This document shows, in pieces, positions 1 to 10,088 of a stretch of DNA of 64,000 bases. The stretch lies in the NCBI GenBank assembly GCA_963817915.1, contig CAWFQL010000017.1:352001-416000 (forward strand). Reading direction: 5' to 3'. The stretch is from an uncultured candidate division Zixibacteria bacterium (GTDB lineage: Bacteria > Zixibacteria > MSB-5A5 > UBA10806). The notes beneath the pieces are model-generated. The model had not been told where the DNA came from. It made no database searches and was given only the letters and a program-made list of their open reading frames with translations. Position 1 is the first letter of the stretch, and each line of letters opens with the position of its first letter. Both the position numbers and the translations under genes were made by a program.

Positions 1-1521
1 ATTTCTTATCGCGATACTGTCGTGATCGGCACTCTAAATGGGGTTTACAAATTTACGACTGATCCTGATACATTATGGATTCCAATGGGTTTGCAGGGGA
101 CATCCATAGTCCGTCTGGCGATGATAGATACTCTTTTGATGGCGTCCGCAGGCGGCCAGCTTTTTAATTATAACGGTTCAAGCTGGGTTACATACCAATA
201 TTCTCCTGTACCTGATGTTTTGAATGATATTGTATCTGATTCCACCGGAATATTGTGGGGTGGAACTCGAAGTAAGGGATTGACGGGGTTGTCCGATTCA
301 ACTTGGAATTTATATTCAATTCCCGGCCCGGCCTCGAATATTATCAGAAATATCGCTATTGATTCTAGCGGATCAGTCTGGATGACTCATAGCAATAACT
401 CGATCAGTATTTTGAGAGCTGGTACCTGGACCATAAATAATTCAGCCAATTCTCCGTATAGTGGACAGCAATCTTACTCCATCACCGTAACTTCAGATCA
501 CTCCGTGTGGATTGGAGATTGGGGAAGAGGACTTTTTAAATTTGATGGAGCCAATTGGTTTCATTGGGACTTTTCAAATAGCCCAATGTGGGGAGTGTAT
601 GATGTCCAATACCGTGATTCGTCCTATTGGGCAGTGACTGATATTGCAGAAGATTTCCGTGGAGATATTTGGATGAATGCGCTTGACGCGGTTCAGAATC
701 TTACATTAGGTGTATTTTACCCGACGGATTCCTTATGGCATACTTTTTTCACTGGGCCCAATAGCTTCCCGGACAATGATGTTCATGAATTAAAGGCGCA
801 GGGAAATGTATTATGGGTAGGTCGCGAGGCCGGACTCGATAGATTTCATTTTGGCGCTTCGCCTTTTGATTCATCCAGCTATTCCATTGAGCCCTTCATC
901 AGCAGGGAATTTATTCTTGATCTGGCTCTTGATCCCGATAGCAATCTCTGGTTTGGATCATTGACCGGACTTTTCTATACGACAATTTATTCTGATTCGG
1001 CAGATAGAGTGGCACAACCGCTTGAATTATCCGGCAGAGTCAATGCCGTGGAATCCGATGGTGCTGGCAATATATGGGTTGGTACCGGCACAGGAATTGG
1101 TGTCCTAAACGCGGACAAGAGTTCATGGAGACATATCTATAATACTTCGAATAGCCCTCTTCTTAATAATTCGATTACCGATATCGCAGTTGATAAAGTA
1201 AAGGGTACAATTTATATCGGCACCGAAGGCGGATTATCTATATTTGAATCAGGTGTGGAACTTCCAAACATTAATCGAGTTGAAGCATATCCCAATCCTG
1301 TTATCGTATCTCAGGGGGAAAGTAGAGTCCGATTTAAGAGAATTCCTCCCGGCTCGACAATATTTATTTACAACGTGGCAGGCGAATTGGTGGCCCGGGT
1401 TGTTACGGATGAGTGGAATTTAAAAAATTCCAATAATCAGCCTGTCGCAGGCGGTATCTATATTTTCCAAGTGAGATCTGGGAATACTTCTGGCACTGGA
1501 AAACTTGCAATCATCAAATAA
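1..1521 (+). CDS. PorZ-like beta-propeller (two-component-regulator propeller repeats) protein with T9SS/FlgD-type C-terminal domain; 5' end probably outside the window
   Basis: Repeated 'I..D..G.(I/L)W(I/V)GT..GL' blades; C-terminus 'AYPNPV...IFIYNVAGELV...WNLKNSNNQPVAGGIYIFQV...GKLAIIK'. The frame is open from base 1 and no signal peptide is visible. Confidence 0.75.
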   Translation: MSYRDTVVIGTLNGVYKFTTDPDTLWIPMGLQGTSIVRLAMIDTLLMASAGGQLFNYNGSSWVTYQYSPVPDVLNDIVSDSTGILWGGTRSKGLTGLSDSTWNLYSIPGPASNIIRNIAIDSSGSVWMTHSNNSISILRAGTWTINNSANSPYSGQQSYSITVTSDHSVWIGDWGRGLFKFDGANWFHWDFSNSPMWGVYDVQYRDSSYWAVTDIAEDFRGDIWMNALDAVQNLTLGVFYPTDSLWHTFFTGPNSFPDNDVHELKAQGNVLWVGREAGLDRFHFGASPFDSSSYSIEPFISREFILDLALDPDSNLWFGSLTGLFYTTIYSDSADRVAQPLELSGRVNAVESDGAGNIWVGTGTGIGVLNADKSSWRHIYNTSNSPLLNNSITDIAVDKVKGTIYIGTEGGLSIFESGVELPNINRVEAYPNPVIVSQGESRVRFKRIPPGSTIFIYNVAGELVARVVTDEWNLKNSNNQPVAGGIYIFQVRSGNTSGTGKLAIIK

Positions 1522-2464
1522 AATTTCATTCTCGCCTATTAGCACTTGTGATCCCCTATTGGGAACTACATGGGGTGGTATATTCTATCATCCAATTTTT
1601 GTAGATGCTGGCGCAGAATTTCTAAATTTAGCAGGACATTCATTTAATATAATATTGGACGAAAGGAATAGCGGCGCGCTAAATATATTAGCGAGAGAGA
1701 GGCCATTAATTCGAAGGGCCACAATCCCGCATTTATTTCAATACTGCGGGCCTCTTATTTATGGTAAAGATTTCGATTTAGCTTTGATTGCGAAATCAAT
1801 TGACCATTATTTTTCGCTAAATTATGATTTTGCGTATTTGAGTATCCCCCCCCAAACCCCGCTGGATAAAAGCCATTTTAATGGCTGGAAAATAATTCAA
1901 ACTTATACTGTTTCAATTGGCGGCGCGGATTTAAAAAATTGGGGCAGGGATTTTAAGGAACGCGTTGTCAGGAAGATAAAAAAGGCGCAAAAAGAAAAGA
2001 TAGAAGTTAGAATTGTAGATAACCTCCCGTTAGGGCTTTGGCAAATGCCTTTTGAGCGGAAAGGAAAAAGACCGATAATACCGCCGTCGTCAGTTGAAAG
2101 TTGGGCGCGGAAATTAATTGATGCGTCTCTCTTGAAAGTTTATGCGGCTTTCTTTGAAAATGAACCAATCGCCTTCCGCGCAGAATTGATTTATGGGAAT
2201 TTTGCATATGACTGGGTTGCGGGCTCTAATCCCGAATTTCATAATCTTGGATCAAATCAATTGCTGATGGCTGAGATCGGTTATGATATAATGAGGAACG
2301 GGATCGAGACTTGGGATATGGTCGCAGGACAGATCGAGAGTATTGCTGAATTCAAGAAATCATTTGGGGGAAAAGAAACACCTCATCTGCACATAAAGAA
2401 AAGTTTTAATTTAGCGGGACGACTGTTCGATATTCTCAGGGAAATAAAGCATGCAAGGCACTAA
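1505..2464 (+). CDS. GNAT/FemAB-like acyltransferase (VimA-like)
   Basis: 'P.LFQYCGP', 'RKIKKAQK', 'AYDWVAGS', 'NQLLM', 'IAEFKKSFGG' match the FemAB/Acetyltransf_6 pattern; overlaps both neighbours. Confidence 0.75.
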   Translation: MQSSNKISFSPISTCDPLLGTTWGGIFYHPIFVDAGAEFLNLAGHSFNIILDERNSGALNILARERPLIRRATIPHLFQYCGPLIYGKDFDLALIAKSIDHYFSLNYDFAYLSIPPQTPLDKSHFNGWKIIQTYTVSIGGADLKNWGRDFKERVVRKIKKAQKEKIEVRIVDNLPLGLWQMPFERKGKRPIIPPSSVESWARKLIDASLLKVYAAFFENEPIAFRAELIYGNFAYDWVAGSNPEFHNLGSNQLLMAEIGYDIMRNGIETWDMVAGQIESIAEFKKSFGGKETPHLHIKKSFNLAGRLFDILREIKHARH

Positions 2465-3722
2465 TTTCGCTACGGAATTGCGTTATTTTTATAGCGATAA
2501 TCTCTTATCCCCAAATTTAGTCAATCATTGTTTCGCCTATTTATCTGCCGTGATAGGCGTGAAATTCAAAATAGATAATGAAAATCCTCAAATTTATAAG
2601 AATAATAATATTAGTCCTCCCGATTCCGTCGTCCTTAATTATAATGAATTTGATAATGGCTCTTATGATATCATATCTATTCTTGCCGACAAGATGACAT
2701 TATCACTGAAGCAAGGACCATTTGCTAATTCCGAAACTCCTGCCGATTATAAGTCCGGCCCCGGATTAAGCCGATTAATATGGGACTTCAAAAAGAAATT
2801 GTTTGAAGTCGGCGCGATAACAAAGCAAGAAAGTATGACAAAATTCTGGCCAAATGACTATAAATTTGGAGTAGCCCTGACTCATGATGTAGACATAGCC
2901 CGAAGAACAATTAAAGGCGGTATCCGTCTGCTATATAAAAAAAGTGTCAAGGGCGGCTTATCCGCTCTTGTCGATTCCTGCTTCGCGCCGATTAAAGGGC
3001 GAGGGAATCCCTATGACGCAATTGGCAAATGGATAACGATCGAAAAAGATCTGAAATTAAAATCCACATTTTATATATTTGCGGGAAATCGCCTATTCGA
3101 AAATGATCCAGTTTACAATCTTAATATATTGTCCGACCGCATAGCTGAGCTTAAAGAAAATGGTTTCGAAATTGCATTGCACAGCAGTGCCGGCTGCTAT
3201 GATGGGAATCATATTCCGGAAGCTCAAGGACAATTATCAGATTATTGCGGAAATAGTATCGACGGAATTCGGCCGCATTACATGTCCGCATTTCTTCCTG
3301 AGTTTTGGCGTGCGATCGAAAAATCTGGGTTCTCGTATTCTTCATGCCTTGGCTCAGATCAGTCGATAGGTTTCTTTAGGGGAATAGATCTTCCTTTCGT
3401 TCCATTTGACAGAGAACGGGATCGGGCTCTGAATATTGTTGAAATCCCGCTGGCAATTATGGATTGCGGATTGATAGGGGGCACGACCGCGAATGAAGAT
3501 AGCGTTTTCGACCGGGCGAAACTGCTGATTAATGATACATCGAATTCCGGAGGACTAATAGTATTGGATTGGCACCAGAGGACGTTGTATGAACGCGATT
3601 TCCCAGGCTGGGGAAATCTATTTATAAAAATTGTCGAATATATGAAGGATAATGGCGCATATTTTGGAACCATGAGCGAAATATCTAAGCTGGTAAAATC
3701 AAGAATGAGCGGCGAATTTTGA
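2451..3722 (+). CDS. CE4/NodB-type polysaccharide deacetylase (VimE-like)
   Basis: 'ALTHDVD', 'STFY', 'FEIALHSS', 'GIRPHYM', 'EIPLAIMD', 'LDWHQ' motifs. Confidence 0.8.
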   Translation: MQGTNFATELRYFYSDNLLSPNLVNHCFAYLSAVIGVKFKIDNENPQIYKNNNISPPDSVVLNYNEFDNGSYDIISILADKMTLSLKQGPFANSETPADYKSGPGLSRLIWDFKKKLFEVGAITKQESMTKFWPNDYKFGVALTHDVDIARRTIKGGIRLLYKKSVKGGLSALVDSCFAPIKGRGNPYDAIGKWITIEKDLKLKSTFYIFAGNRLFENDPVYNLNILSDRIAELKENGFEIALHSSAGCYDGNHIPEAQGQLSDYCGNSIDGIRPHYMSAFLPEFWRAIEKSGFSYSSCLGSDQSIGFFRGIDLPFVPFDRERDRALNIVEIPLAIMDCGLIGGTTANEDSVFDRAKLLINDTSNSGGLIVLDWHQRTLYERDFPGWGNLFIKIVEYMKDNGAYFGTMSEISKLVKSRMSGEF

Positions 3723-4840
3723 AAATAGTCTACTTTATATTAAATAGTTTTGATTTTGATTCTCGGGCAAGGCTTGAAGTGGAAGCGCTTAAGACTGCAG
3801 GGCATCAAGTCGAAATAATCGCCACTACCGGATGCGAATCAAATCATTACCTGGATTGCCCGATTCATCGAATTCCCCAATGGACATGGCCATCGAGAAA
3901 AATGCGTTTTATTCAATACAATATTTTGGCGGCCTTAAAAGCGATAAAAATTAAGCCGGATGCTTATCATGCGGTAGATTTGGATACGCTGCGCGCCGCA
4001 ACTTGGGCCTGCTCTAGAACCGGTGGTAAGGTAATCTATGAATCCCGAGAATTGTATACCGAAATCGAAGCCCTGAATGGCAGGCCATTTATCAGAGGAA
4101 TATGGCGAAGGCTCGAAACCCGATTGATAATAAAGGCGGCGAGGGTTATTACTGTTAACGATTCTATCGGCCGCGAATTGGTATCGAGATACTCGATAAT
4201 ATTCCCAAATATAATAAGAAATGTCGCTCCGAAGCCGGGCAGTCTCAGACCAATAAATTTGCATTCGAAATATAATATTCCCGCAGGGTGGAAAATATTG
4301 GTTTTCCAAGGTATATTAAGAAATGGACAGGGACTTTTAAAGCTACTCGAGATGATCAAGAGTATGGAGAGAGTATCGCTGGTAATTATTGGTGATGGGC
4401 CATTAATGAATGTTCTAAAAGACAGGGCCAGGAGTCTGAGCATTGAAAATAAAATTCGATTTACCGGGATGATTCCAGCAGCTGAGTTGCTTAATTACAC
4501 GGCAGGTGCCGATGCTGGAATGCTGCTACTGGAAGATGTTTCCATAAATCACAGACTGGCGTTGCCGCAAAAATTGTTTCAGTATTTGATGGCCGGAATT
4601 CCACAAATTGTTTCGCCGCTGCCTGAGTTGGCAGGTTTTGTCAGTTCCGAGAAGACCGGGTTTGTAGCATCCTCTGCCAGTCCTGAAATAACCGCACACC
4701 AGATCGATAATTTCCTTTTTAGCCTCGATCAATATAATCAAGCAAAACGAAACTGTATCGAATCCGCGAAAAAACACAATTGGGAGAATGAATCAACTAA
4801 ATTGATAAAAATGTATGAAGAAATGGCTGATTCTCAATGA
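3719..4840 (+). CDS. GT4 glycosyltransferase (VimF-like)
   Basis: 'DSRARLE', 'YHAVDLDTL', 'YESRELY', 'LPQKLFQYLMAGIP', 'NWE'; TTGA start/stop overlap with the upstream gene. Confidence 0.85.
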   Translation: MKIVYFILNSFDFDSRARLEVEALKTAGHQVEIIATTGCESNHYLDCPIHRIPQWTWPSRKMRFIQYNILAALKAIKIKPDAYHAVDLDTLRAATWACSRTGGKVIYESRELYTEIEALNGRPFIRGIWRRLETRLIIKAARVITVNDSIGRELVSRYSIIFPNIIRNVAPKPGSLRPINLHSKYNIPAGWKILVFQGILRNGQGLLKLLEMIKSMERVSLVIIGDGPLMNVLKDRARSLSIENKIRFTGMIPAAELLNYTAGADAGMLLLEDVSINHRLALPQKLFQYLMAGIPQIVSPLPELAGFVSSEKTGFVASSASPEITAHQIDNFLFSLDQYNQAKRNCIESAKKHNWENESTKLIKMYEEMADSQ

Positions 4841-5772
4841 TTGAATATTCGATAGTAATTTCTACATTTAATCAAAAAAACACGCTTGCGAAGATTCTTG
4901 ATAGTCTTGCCAGGCAGATCTCCAGCCCTAAGATATTTGAAGTTATTATTACCGATGATGGCTCGAACGACGGAACGGATCAATTTATAAAAGGACTCAG
5001 ATTTCCGATTTTTCTAAAATATATCCGTTCTCAAAAAAGTGAAGGTCGTGCCAAAAACCGCAATAAAGGCTTTGAAAAAGCTGTTGGTGTTTGGGTTACA
5101 TTTCTCGATGGCGATATGATTCCAGAGGCGAATTTTATTTCGACCTTGTGGGCGGCATGGAATAGCGACCTGGCTCCTGTTTACGTTGGAAATGTCAAAT
5201 GGCCGAAAGAGTGGCGATCCGGTAGACTCGAAAAATATCTTTATTCAAGAGGCAGATTATCCAACACCGATAAAGGACAAATACCGGGCGTATATTTTAC
5301 AAGTAATAATTTTTCGATCAGGAAAGAAGTCTTCGGAAAACTTGCCGGCTTTGACCCCAAGTTCGAAGGCTGGGGTGGTGAAGATACAGATTTTGGACTT
5401 CGCCTCGAAAAGAACATACATAAGATCTATTATTTGCCAGAGGCGATCTGCTATCATTACCATAAGAGGTCAATTACTGAAGTTGTCAATGATTACAAAA
5501 AATATGGCCAAAATGGGTATTCAAGGCTTATCGCATCCCATCCTGATACCGTAATTTTCAACAATGGATGGCTCCTTGGGCTTCCTGATTCAAAGTACAA
5601 TTTTGGTAGAAGATTATTTTCGTTCATCTTATTCCCACTCAGAACAAGTGCATTTCTGGCATTTTTAAGGGCTATATTTATGATCACGGGATTTCCTCTG
5701 TGTACCAATTTTTGCTTCGACTGGCTATTCTACGGTAACCTTGCTATGGGGTACAGACAAGGCACAAAATGA
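4837..5772 (+). CDS. GT2 glycosyltransferase
   Basis: 'SIVISTFN', 'DDGSND', 'FLDGD', 'GFDPKFEGWGGEDTDFG'. Confidence 0.9.
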   Translation: MIEYSIVISTFNQKNTLAKILDSLARQISSPKIFEVIITDDGSNDGTDQFIKGLRFPIFLKYIRSQKSEGRAKNRNKGFEKAVGVWVTFLDGDMIPEANFISTLWAAWNSDLAPVYVGNVKWPKEWRSGRLEKYLYSRGRLSNTDKGQIPGVYFTSNNFSIRKEVFGKLAGFDPKFEGWGGEDTDFGLRLEKNIHKIYYLPEAICYHYHKRSITEVVNDYKKYGQNGYSRLIASHPDTVIFNNGWLLGLPDSKYNFGRRLFSFILFPLRTSAFLAFLRAIFMITGFPLCTNFCFDWLFYGNLAMGYRQGTK

Positions 5773-5924
5773 AGAACATGATCCGCCTTTCGATGAAGGG
5801 GAAGTATTATTTTGATTTTATTTATGGAATCGGGATAATATATTCAAATCCAGATTTTGAAGCCGCGCTTTGTCTTGTGGCGATTTAGGATTCAGTTGCG
5901 ACGACAGATGGGAGATTTAATAAT

Positions 5925-6866
5925 ATGAGCAAATTAATTATTCAAATACCCTGCTATAATGAAAGCGGGCAGCTTGAATCCACTATTAGAAATCTTCCCA
6001 AAAATATCCCGGGTTTCGAAAACGTGGAAATTCTCGTCATCGATGATGGCTCCACCGATAATAGTCACGAAATCGCCTTGAAATGCGGCGCAACAAGGGT
6101 GGTTCGCCTGAAAAAGCACCAGGGGCTTGCCAAGGTGTTTTCAATGGGTTTAAAGACTTCGCTCGAGATGAACGCTGATGTAATCGTGAATTATGACGCC
6201 GATGCGCAATTTCCGCCTGACCAGATTCAACAATTAATCGATCCCATAATCAATGCCAATGCTGATATGGTTATTGGCTGCCGCGATATGAAGAATACTG
6301 ACCATTATGGAATAACCAAGAAATTGCTGCAACGATTTGGCAGCTGGGCAGTCAGGCAATTTTCAGGTACTGATATTCCCGATACTACGTCCGGATTCAG
6401 GGCATATTCAAGGGAAGCGGCGATCAAAATCAATATTTTATCTCAATATACCTATACGCTAGAGACAATAATTCAGGCCGGAAGAATCGGTCTTTCGATT
6501 GCGGCTGTGCCCGTTGATGTCAGGCCATCACCGCGGAAGTCACGGCTTATCTCAAGCAATTGGAATTATGTCGCCCGCTCGGCAGTGACAATATTGAGAG
6601 TATATATGATGTACAGCCCGCTAAAGACCTTCGGACTTTTAGGAGGAGTATTTTTTGCGGGAGGTGTATTCCTCGATTTGAGATACTTGTTTTTATATTT
6701 TCTTTATAATCAAAAAGGTCATCTGCAATCATTGATTTTATCGGCAATACTGATTCTAATAGGTTTTATGGTTTGGGTTCTTGGTTTATTGGCCGATTTA
6801 GTAAGCGCTAATCGTTTGCTGCTCGAAGAAACACTTATCAATATAAAAAAGTCTAATTCGAATTAA
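5925..6866 (+). CDS. GT2 polyprenol-phosphate glycosyltransferase-like protein with two C-terminal TM helices
   Basis: 'IQIPCYNE', 'DDGSTD', 'DADAQF', 'DTTSGFRAYSRE', two hydrophobic helices at the C-terminus. Confidence 0.88.
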   Translation: MSKLIIQIPCYNESGQLESTIRNLPKNIPGFENVEILVIDDGSTDNSHEIALKCGATRVVRLKKHQGLAKVFSMGLKTSLEMNADVIVNYDADAQFPPDQIQQLIDPIINANADMVIGCRDMKNTDHYGITKKLLQRFGSWAVRQFSGTDIPDTTSGFRAYSREAAIKINILSQYTYTLETIIQAGRIGLSIAAVPVDVRPSPRKSRLISSNWNYVARSAVTILRVYMMYSPLKTFGLLGGVFFAGGVFLDLRYLFLYFLYNQKGHLQSLILSAILILIGFMVWVLGLLADLVSANRLLLEETLINIKKSNSN

Positions 6867-6874
6867 TATCCGCA

Positions 6875-8183
6875 ATGAAGCTATTAGTCATATCCTCAAG
6901 TTTTCCGAAAACCCCCGGAGACAGCCTGTCCCCATTTGTATGGGATTACTGCAAGGGCCTGAAAAAGCTCGGATGGGATATTACCGTTCTTGTTCCTCAT
7001 AAAAATGGTTTCCCTGAAAATGAAATTTGGGATGATATCAAAATCAAGCGGTTTCGTTACCTGCCCGAGAGATTCGAGACCCTCGGATATGATGCCGGCG
7101 GAATTATCCCGAATCTCAAAAAGAAGCCATGGGTAATTATTAAAATAGCGTTCTATATTCTATCAATGTATAGAGAATCATTGAGACTTGCGGTAGATGA
7201 GGATTTCGATCTTGTTAATTTTCATTGGATTTATCCTAGCGCATTTTGGCTTAACAGCATTTTCTGGAAATGCAACGCGCCGATCGTGATTACGGGGCAT
7301 GGTACCGATATCCATCTCTCACGAAAACCGATTCTGAAATATTTCGCGACAAAAGCTTTTGATAATTCAGCGGCAGTCACTGTTAATAGTGAATATATGA
7401 GTTCAATTTTGAAATCTAATTTTCCATCTGAAAAAATTAAAGTCATTCCCATGGGTATCGATACTTCGAAATTTACTCCGTCGGATATTCCGCCATTCTC
7501 AATCAAGAACAGTTCTGTACGTTGGGAGATTAATTAAGCAAAAAGGGATAAATCTTCTGGTGCAGGCATTTGTCGAAAACTTGCGGCATTATTCTGGCGC
7601 TAAGTTGAAGATTATCGGCTATGGCCCTGAACGAGACTCATTGAAGAAATTTATAGATGATAGCGAGATATCGGATTCCATTGAGATAATCGATTCTATA
7701 GAACATGATAAATTACCCGAAATTTATCGCCAGGCACGAGTACTCGCGTTGCCCAGCCTTATCCCCGAGGGTCTCGGATTGACAGTCGCGGAAGCCGCGG
7801 CCTGCTCGGTTCCTTCAATAACTTTTGGCCTTGGAGGCACCGCTGATTTGGTTATCAATGAAAAGACAGGGTTAATCGTTGATCCAGACGTCAAATCCCT
7901 TTCTGATGGTATCGCAAGATTGATGGGCGACAATAATCTCGTTGACACCATGGGGAAAGATGCCAGGAAATATGTCGTCGATAAATTTGGTTGGGATTCA
8001 TTGGCCGGGAGATTCGATTTATTGTTTAGAGAAATCGTGTCCAATGCCAAAGCCATTAAAGATAAATCTTTTTCGAAATCAGCGAAAATTATGATTTCAT
8101 CGATAATTGTCATTACAGTAGCAGCGTATTTAATTAAAACATTTGTCGATAGAATCGAAAAAATAATTCATATAATGAAATGA
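6875..8183 (+). CDS. GT4 glycosyltransferase, split by a +1 frameshift near 7490-7505 (probably a sequencing indel)
   Basis: ORF 6875-7537 is the N-domain (HW..P, 'TGHGTD', 'VIPMGID'). The frame of ORF 7560-8183 extends upstream as 'RTVLYVGRLIKQKGINLL' and carries 'EGLGLTVAEA'. C-terminal hydrophobic helix. Confidence 0.8.
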
Positions 8184-10057
8184 TTATATTTGATATCGTA
8201 ATTCCAATTATCTGGGCAGGAGGGCTGCTTTCACTGGGTCAGATTGCCGTATCCGGAGAAGGATCACGTTTCAAATTTGAAAATATATTCCCGTTGACTG
8301 CGTTTATGGGGACGATAATATTTGCTATCGGCCTGTTGGGATGGATTAACCACCAATTATTCTACATCATTACGCTACTACTCCTAATTCTATTTGCTTT
8401 TAAATTCAAGGTATTGCTAAGCCATCTTAAAGAATTTATTAAAAATCACCTGTTTGTATTCATAATAATGGTTTTAATCTCGGTATGGCTGTCATTGGCG
8501 GCGCTTTCTTATCCTGTTGGCCCGGATGCCTTATATTTCCATCTTGGTCTGCCGAAGATCTACGCCAGAGCGGGAGGAGTTACTTTTATTCCAGGAAATA
8601 TTTTTTCGGCCTCGCCTCGCGCCATGGAAATGATGTCAACTGCATTTCTCTCGATGGGTTTGGAACGAGGCGCGCAGTTTTTTATTCTGCTTTTAGCTAT
8701 AGCTTTAATTATTTCCGTCTGGAGAAAAGCCGATGAAATAGGCGGTTCTGGAATTATAGCCGCGTTAATTTTAGTTTCCGCCTCTATTTTTTCCACGCAG
8801 TTGGTTGATTCAAAAAATGATATACTTTTAACAGGAGTCATATTTTTTGCGGTTGTTCAATTTTTCGCTTTCAGGCAAAGTGACTCCATAAAAAGTTTGA
8901 TTTTCGCCGGTATTGGAGCTGGGCTTGCGGCTGGAGTTAAGGCTACCGGTTTGAGCATTATTGGCGTTCTTGGTCTTATATTGCTATATGATTTTATAAC
9001 CGGCCGAACCAAGTTTAAGCAATTTGCCCTGTTTCTATCAATATCGATAGTAGTTGCATCACCATGGTACGCGTATTCCTGGTTCGTAACCGGTAATCCA
9101 TTGTACCCATTTTTCGGCAATTATTTTCATTCACCTTATTGGTATCAAATATTCGACGCTTTCAATAGAGCCATATCGGCTAAAACCGCCGACACCAATA
9201 TATTAAATTTAATCGTCTCTCCCTTTAATTTAGTTTTCGATCCTGAGGCATTTCGCGGCAGGATCGGATATGCCGTGATACTCTTGCCATTGCTGTTGCT
9301 ATTTATGAAGAAAATACCCACTGCTATCAGATGGATATCTTGCCTTTCATTAATCTATTATCTGTTCTGGTATTTCGGCTTTCCGTTGGCAAGGTACTTG
9401 ATGCCGATATTGCCGCTTCTGGCGATCGCTGGGTCATATTTTGCAAAGGCGGCTATTGATGAGCGAGGGGTAATTAAATATACAATAATTATGGCACTTA
9501 TTTTTGCTGTTCTAATCCCTATTCCAACTGTACTTAGTCAGACATCTTATAGGGTAATCTCTGTAATTAAGAATATGGGTAGGGATAGCTTTCTTGAGCA
9601 ATATAAAACATTTGATCCCAATAGCCCCCGCAGCGGCGAAATGGCGAATCAATTTGAATATTTCAAATGTTGGCGGGCCATTGAGAGCAATACTTCTCCT
9701 GATGGTAAAATAGGGATTCTATCATCATTCTGGACAAGGGCAGATGGGTATTATCTGAATCGAAATTTCGTTTATCTCAATCCTTCTGAGCAAAACGCGT
9801 ATGATTTTACGACTATAAGAGACTCCTCTGAAGTGTCGCATGCATTGTCGAATCTTGGAATCTCGATTGTCGTTGTCGATAGTCTGGTGCTGGCCGAATT
9901 CTCATCCAAATCGCCATGGAAAGATTCTCCGGGATTCCCTATATTTTCCTTGGGGGTCGGAGCCCTAAATAGATATTTAAAAACATCGGCCGAACTAATT
10001 TATTCTAATGACAGATTTTCTGTATATAAAATAAAAATCCTGCCTCCGAAATATTGA
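8180..10057 (+). CDS. GT-C fold (ArnT/PMT-like) polytopic membrane glycosyltransferase
   Basis: Many TM helices; 'DALYFHLGLPK', 'KND', 'GLAAGVKATG', 'PWY..SW..TGNPLYP', 'RYLMP'. Confidence 0.7.
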   Translation: MIIFDIVIPIIWAGGLLSLGQIAVSGEGSRFKFENIFPLTAFMGTIIFAIGLLGWINHQLFYIITLLLLILFAFKFKVLLSHLKEFIKNHLFVFIIMVLISVWLSLAALSYPVGPDALYFHLGLPKIYARAGGVTFIPGNIFSASPRAMEMMSTAFLSMGLERGAQFFILLLAIALIISVWRKADEIGGSGIIAALILVSASIFSTQLVDSKNDILLTGVIFFAVVQFFAFRQSDSIKSLIFAGIGAGLAAGVKATGLSIIGVLGLILLYDFITGRTKFKQFALFLSISIVVASPWYAYSWFVTGNPLYPFFGNYFHSPYWYQIFDAFNRAISAKTADTNILNLIVSPFNLVFDPEAFRGRIGYAVILLPLLLLFMKKIPTAIRWISCLSLIYYLFWYFGFPLARYLMPILPLLAIAGSYFAKAAIDERGVIKYTIIMALIFAVLIPIPTVLSQTSYRVISVIKNMGRDSFLEQYKTFDPNSPRSGEMANQFEYFKCWRAIESNTSPDGKIGILSSFWTRADGYYLNRNFVYLNPSEQNAYDFTTIRDSSEVSHALSNLGISIVVVDSLVLAEFSSKSPWKDSPGFPIFSLGVGALNRYLKTSAELIYSNDRFSVYKIKILPPKY

Positions 10058-10070
10058 CGAAGGCAGGATT
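10036..10070. terminator. Probable bidirectional intrinsic terminator between convergent genes
   Basis: Inverted repeat aatcctgcct (10036-10045) / aggcaggatt (10061-10070), with an A-run on the left and an AT-rich right flank. Confidence 0.65.
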
Positions 10071-10088
10071 ATATTGAGGGGATGCACG

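Noticed and set aside
5769..5861. Possible 30-codon ORF (MKNMIRLSMKGKYYFDFIYGIGIIYSNPRF) overlapping the GT2 stop
   Set aside because: It is short, has no SD or recognisable motif, and cannot be supported from sequence alone.
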